Program-made: the position numbers and the translations under genes | DNA from: an uncultured Clostridia bacterium | GTDB taxonomy: Bacteria; Bacillota; Clostridia; TANB77; CAG-508 | Reading direction: 5' to 3' | DNA: 64,000 nt | Assembly: GCA_934149165.1 (NCBI GenBank) | Contig: CAKPDY010000006.1 | Coordinates: 5,095 to 69,094 of the forward strand | Shown here: piece after piece, positions 60,696-64,000 of the stretch | How the letters are laid out: every line of letters starts with the position of its first letter | Position numbering within the stretch: position 1 is the stretch's first letter | The notes under the pieces: model-generated | Databases searched by the model: none | What the model saw: only the letters and a program-made list of their open reading frames with translations | Told to the model about the DNA's origin: nothing

Positions 60696-61511
60696 CTAAA
60701 AACTTTCACCAATCCTGTTTAGTGAAAAGTCCTCTTTTTTCATGCATACAATATGCAGTTTATATGGATTTTTTAGTTTATGTTGGCATAATTTATATGA
60801 GTATATTATCATATCAAGTAATTCTTGCTGTGTTGGTGAAGCCTCTCCCATACGTGTAACTCCAGAACCTAATATTGGTATGCATACATCATTTTGTCCG
60901 TAATACTTATCAATTTCTTCCCATAATACAGCCAAACAATCAAGATATTCTTCACGAGTTAACCTACCTAAACCATCCTTATCTAATTTTGCAAACGCTA
61001 ATAATAAATAATCATTTCTTGGAATTAACTTACCCGATGTGTAACATTCTTTTCCTTGAAACTTTGATTTTGACTTTCTAGGAACTAATTGCGCTCCGTC
61101 TATTAATGCTTTCATATCTTCTATTGGATATTTCTTAAGATACTGCCCACAAATTGAATCTGGGTTTATTTCATAAGTTTTGCTTCCTACAGCTGTTGTA
61201 AAACACTCATCAAATGGTATTACCTTTTTACAATTATCCATTTCAAATATATTTCCATATTCGATTTTAATACAATAATTGTGCCCTTTAATGTATTCCT
61301 TCTTTCTATACTTTAAATATATTGCATATACAATAACAGACAATACAAATATCACAATATAAATTAAAATATGAATTAATACTATATTTACTTCATCTGG
61401 ACAATTTTTTAATACTTTACAATTTTTTAAAATATCATCTGAAACAAATGTAAATAATGCTGAAATAATTGCAAAAGCCCATGTACTAGTCTTTTTTAGG
61501 AATTCAATCAT
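60696..61511 (-). CDS. thsA: Two-TM + Macro-like domain protein (type II Thoeris ThsA-like effector)
   Basis: Two N-terminal hydrophobic helices (WAFAIISALFTFV; IVLIHILIYIVIFVLSVIVYAIYL). The C-terminal ~190 aa have Macro-like motifs IKIEYGNIF..KKVIPFDECFTT and VCIPILGSGVTRMG (phosphate-binding loop). The start overlaps the stop of the TIR gene by 8 nt. Confidence 0.6.
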   Translation of the reverse strand: MIEFLKKTSTWAFAIISALFTFVSDDILKNCKVLKNCPDEVNIVLIHILIYIVIFVLSVIVYAIYLKYRKKEYIKGHNYCIKIEYGNIFEMDNCKKVIPFDECFTTAVGSKTYEINPDSICGQYLKKYPIEDMKALIDGAQLVPRKSKSKFQGKECYTSGKLIPRNDYLLLAFAKLDKDGLGRLTREEYLDCLAVLWEEIDKYYGQNDVCIPILGSGVTRMGEASPTQQELLDMIIYSYKLCQHKLKNPYKLHIVCMKKEDFSLNRIGESF

Positions 61512-62115
61512 CTAACAACACCTCTTTTACATAGCTATAATTACCAACTTTCTGACCTAATGAATTAGTAATCCAAAATGGTTGCGCACTGTTTTCATAT
61601 TCCTTCATATATGATGGCAACCAATTAGACTCTTTACGTGTTGAATTATATAATATTATTATATTCTTTCCACGTCTTTTGGCTTGCTCAAACTCATGCC
61701 TCAAATAAGAATAATTATTTATATTTCCAACATCTTCGTTTTCTCTTGCAGGATACACTGTTTGAACCTTGCAATTTTTAGTTCCATTTGTATTTTGTTT
61801 ATATGGAGTACAAACACAATACCATGCATCTATACTTGCTCTCTGACAACCACTTCCTGCTGCACGAGAAGCTGTTTTATCACCTACAATAAAAATAACA
61901 GCAGATGAAGCATTTATTTGTTTATTAAATTCTTTTTTTAAATCACATATGCGACAATCTTGGTCATTTGAAACACTACCCGAAACCACTTTAGACATAT
62001 CAATAAAATCTATTTTGTGGATATTGTCAGTTCCCCACCTATTTAATATTTCTACCACATCGCGGTCTCCTGAATTTTCTGAGTAGTCCGCACTAATATA
62101 TACCTGCTTACTCAT
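61504..62115 (-). CDS. thsB: TIR-like domain protein (ThsB/DUF1863-like) with a Cys-rich insertion
   Basis: VYISADYSENSGDRDVVEILNRW.. aligns by eye with B. cereus ThsB VFFSFHYQD..RVNVVRNHW. SSAVIFIVGDKT and LRHEFEQAKRRGKNIIILY correspond to SVTVVLIGSQT and WVRYEIMKSIERGNKIIGIH, which contain the catalytic Glu. Confidence 0.65.
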   Translation of the reverse strand: MSKQVYISADYSENSGDRDVVEILNRWGTDNIHKIDFIDMSKVVSGSVSNDQDCRICDLKKEFNKQINASSAVIFIVGDKTASRAAGSGCQRASIDAWYCVCTPYKQNTNGTKNCKVQTVYPARENEDVGNINNYSYLRHEFEQAKRRGKNIIILYNSTRKESNWLPSYMKEYENSAQPFWITNSLGQKVGNYSYVKEVLLDD

Positions 62116-62293
62116 AATGCAACCTCCCTTAGCATTTTATTTTTTCTCATTATACCCCCAAAAATACGATTTGTCAGCAATTTTGTATAAAATACTCCTT
62201 AAAAAAAAACTTAAAAATCAAACAGACAATATATGTACAAACCTGCCCCTCCATGATATAATAAACTAAAACATCAACTTCAAGGAGGCAACT

Positions 62294-63037
62294 ATGTACT
62301 TTATATTTCTAGATGAATCTGGACAACCAGGAGGATTTGATACCGAAAAAAATACTTTAACAAAAAATTCAAGTAAATACTTCACACTAGGTGGATTTAT
62401 GATTAACGCAGACGACATACTAATAATTGAAAATGCTATGCGTGATATAAAAATAAAATATGGACTCAACCAATTTCATGAATTTAAGTGGCACACTTCT
62501 TATTCTAAACTTGGACTTACTTTTGAACAATACACAAACATGCGACAAGAAATTCTAAAGCTTATAAGTAAGCATAAAAACTCCGTAATTGGAATTGTAA
62601 TGGATAAAGAAAAATGTTACAAAGAAAAGGATTATATAAAGAATCATAATGATTTATACGCGGTAGGACTCCACTTACTAATGGAAAGATATTGTATGGA
62701 AATAACCAAGAGACATGGAAGGAAGACTACTATACCTGCAATGATTTTAGCTGATAGCCGAAAAACTGACAACAATAATAAGTTAGATAAAGATTTGCAA
62801 ATCGCATATTTAAGAGCCAAAAACATGGGTACACACTATGTCAAATTTCCAAACTTTTGTGAAAGCATTGTATTTGTTGACTCTGACTACTATTCAGGAA
62901 TTCAATTAGCTGACTTTTGTGCTGGAGTAATACATAGAAAATTTGAAACAGGCAATTCAGAACTTTTTGACATTATTAAACCTGCCATTCGTAAACACCG
63001 CAAAAATATAGATGGAGCTGGAATAAAATTATATTAA
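62294..63037 (+). CDS. DUF3800-family protein
   Basis: N-terminus MYFIFLDESGQPG (the DUF3800 hallmark hhhDESG) and a conserved late DS....GIQLADF motif. AAGGAGG RBS and a TG-extended TATAAT upstream. Confidence 0.7.
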   Translation: MYFIFLDESGQPGGFDTEKNTLTKNSSKYFTLGGFMINADDILIIENAMRDIKIKYGLNQFHEFKWHTSYSKLGLTFEQYTNMRQEILKLISKHKNSVIGIVMDKEKCYKEKDYIKNHNDLYAVGLHLLMERYCMEITKRHGRKTTIPAMILADSRKTDNNNKLDKDLQIAYLRAKNMGTHYVKFPNFCESIVFVDSDYYSGIQLADFCAGVIHRKFETGNSELFDIIKPAIRKHRKNIDGAGIKLY

Positions 63038-63043
63038 TAAATA

Positions 63044-63113
63044 AAAAAAGTGGACGATGGAATTAGTTGCCTAATTCAGCACACCTCAAGTCGGTGCTAC
63101 ATCGTCCGTTTTT
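63044..63113 (+). terminator. Branched (Y-shaped) GC-rich terminator-like structure
   Basis: P1 ggacgatg/catcgtcc encloses two hairpins (gaattag-ttgc-ctaattc and agcac-11 nt-gtgct). It is followed by gttttt and preceded by an A-run. Confidence 0.5.
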
Positions 63114-63244
63114 GTGTTCTGTATTATAATTATACAGTTTTTGTTCACATTTGTCAACAAATGTTTAAAATATTATATGCAATAAGTGTAAATTTATTCG
63201 TTTTTTGTTTTAATATCACTTCATCTTATAATCCATACCATTTA

Positions 63245-63688
63245 TTACTTTTTTAATATTTTTCTAAAGAAATTAACCAATTTTCTGTACCATTTTTCTT
63301 CTTTTACTTCAACCAATGCAACTTCTTCTTTAGTTATCTCTATGTTAGAGTTTTTAAATATATTATCAGGATTATATTTTTTTCTTAATTCTTCTTGATA
63401 TTTATTTTCATTATTAGCATAGACCTGTTTTAGTCTTTCTTTTTCTTTTTCATCTTTACACCAATATTGTAGATTTAATAATGCAATTAAAGCTAAAGTT
63501 TCTTTCTTTAGATTTTGCTCTTCAATTGAAATATTGGGATTAATTTCTTTATGATAATTCACATCTTTTTCTTTTTTGAATAATTCTCTTAATTTGGCTG
63601 GAATTTCATCTCTTGTTTTTTCATCTAATAATTCTAAAAATTCATCAATTTCTGAATATATTTGTTTTGTTTGAATATCGGTTTCCAT
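63245..63688 (-). CDS. hypothetical protein, paralogue of 40700-41143
   Basis: Collinear similarity to the 151-aa ORF (IP.K motif, INP, LxYW / IKYL, Y....IFKN, VAL, W.K..N.F.K). It lies downstream of a larger partial ORF. Confidence 0.5.
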   Translation of the reverse strand: METDIQTKQIYSEIDEFLELLDEKTRDEIPAKLRELFKKEKDVNYHKEINPNISIEEQNLKKETLALIALLNLQYWCKDEKEKERLKQVYANNENKYQEELRKKYNPDNIFKNSNIEITKEEVALVEVKEEKWYRKLVNFFRKILKK

Positions 63689-63731
63689 ATCTAAAATCCT
63701 CTCTTTTGTATACTATATTTTTATTTAATGA

Positions 63732-64000
63732 TTATCTCGAAATGGCATCATGTTCTTCGACTTTTGTCTGTTGCTGTACGTTTTGGTATGCATCTCTAAT
63801 GTTATAGTATTCCGTATTAATTTCTCCTGTTCTTGTTACTGTTTCAGTAGCTTGTACTGCACTTCTTAATATATCTGTATTTTGTTTTTCTCTTGATTCC
63901 ATTCGTTCTTGTGAAATATGCTGTATTCTCTTCAGCTCATCTTTTGGAAATGGTGTATCACTTACATCAAACCAACTATCCCTCAAAAATATGCTTCTCT
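63732..64000 (-). CDS. C-terminal part of a larger protein (open at window end)
   Basis: The frame stays open upstream of the TTG at 63986 (..RSIFLRDSWFDV..) to the window edge. No domain recognised. Confidence 0.4.
   Translation of the reverse strand, partial: RSIFLRDSWFDVSDTPFPKDELKRIQHISQERMESREKQNTDILRSAVQATETVTRTGEINTEYYNIRDAYQNVQQQTKVEEHDAISR

Noticed and set aside
63050-63256. 68-aa plus-strand ORF after the DUF3800 gene.
   Set aside because: It starts inside the terminator structure, has no RBS, and gives a Cys/Phe-rich nonsense-like translation.

Overview
This is a very AT-rich chromosomal segment from a walled, endospore-lineage Firmicute (Clostridia-like). I cannot name the species from sequence alone. 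About 90% of the genes are on the minus strand.

The core (about 8.8-58 kb) is conserved housekeeping:
- Replication and repair: holA, dnaE, mfd, dnaG-rpoD, lexA.
- Cell wall and shape: a yvcK-like gene, murB, murI, murC, mreB.
- Signalling and RNA modification: rpe-rsgA-prkC-stp-rlmN, trmH.
- Translation: argS, trpS, obg, rplU-rpmA, one tRNA-Met.
- Sporulation: spoVAD, spoVAE, spoIIM, spoIVB.

Three accessory regions stand out:
1. 0.2-7.5 kb: a co-oriented island packed with non-canonical-nucleotide hydrolases. It holds an ASCH-NUDIX fusion, two more NUDIX genes, two Ham1/ITPase-like genes and a YjjX-type NTPase, plus GNAT, ankyrin and DUF1847 genes. It also carries internal duplications: a shared promoter-leader and a 59-bp exact gene fragment.
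2. 39.6-42.4 kb: an operon of an Amidoligase_2-like enzyme, a small protein and a membrane-anchored transglutaminase-like protein.
3. 59.7-64 kb: a defence or mobile-type island. It holds an overlapping TIR (ThsB-like) + 2TM-Macro (ThsA-like) pair that looks like type II Thoeris, a divergent DUF3800 gene, another NUDIX gene and gene remnants.

Other notable points:
- rpoD carries an N-terminal PASTA-like domain.
- Long GC-rich perfect palindromes sit in divergent promoter regions.
- Several genes look decayed or frameshifted: spoVAE, spoIIM, a PHP phosphoesterase at an A7 tract, a repeat-rich surface protein, and truncated cupin and BI-1 genes.

No CRISPR array, rRNA, transposase or integrase was seen. 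All family assignments come from motif recognition by eye, not from database searches.
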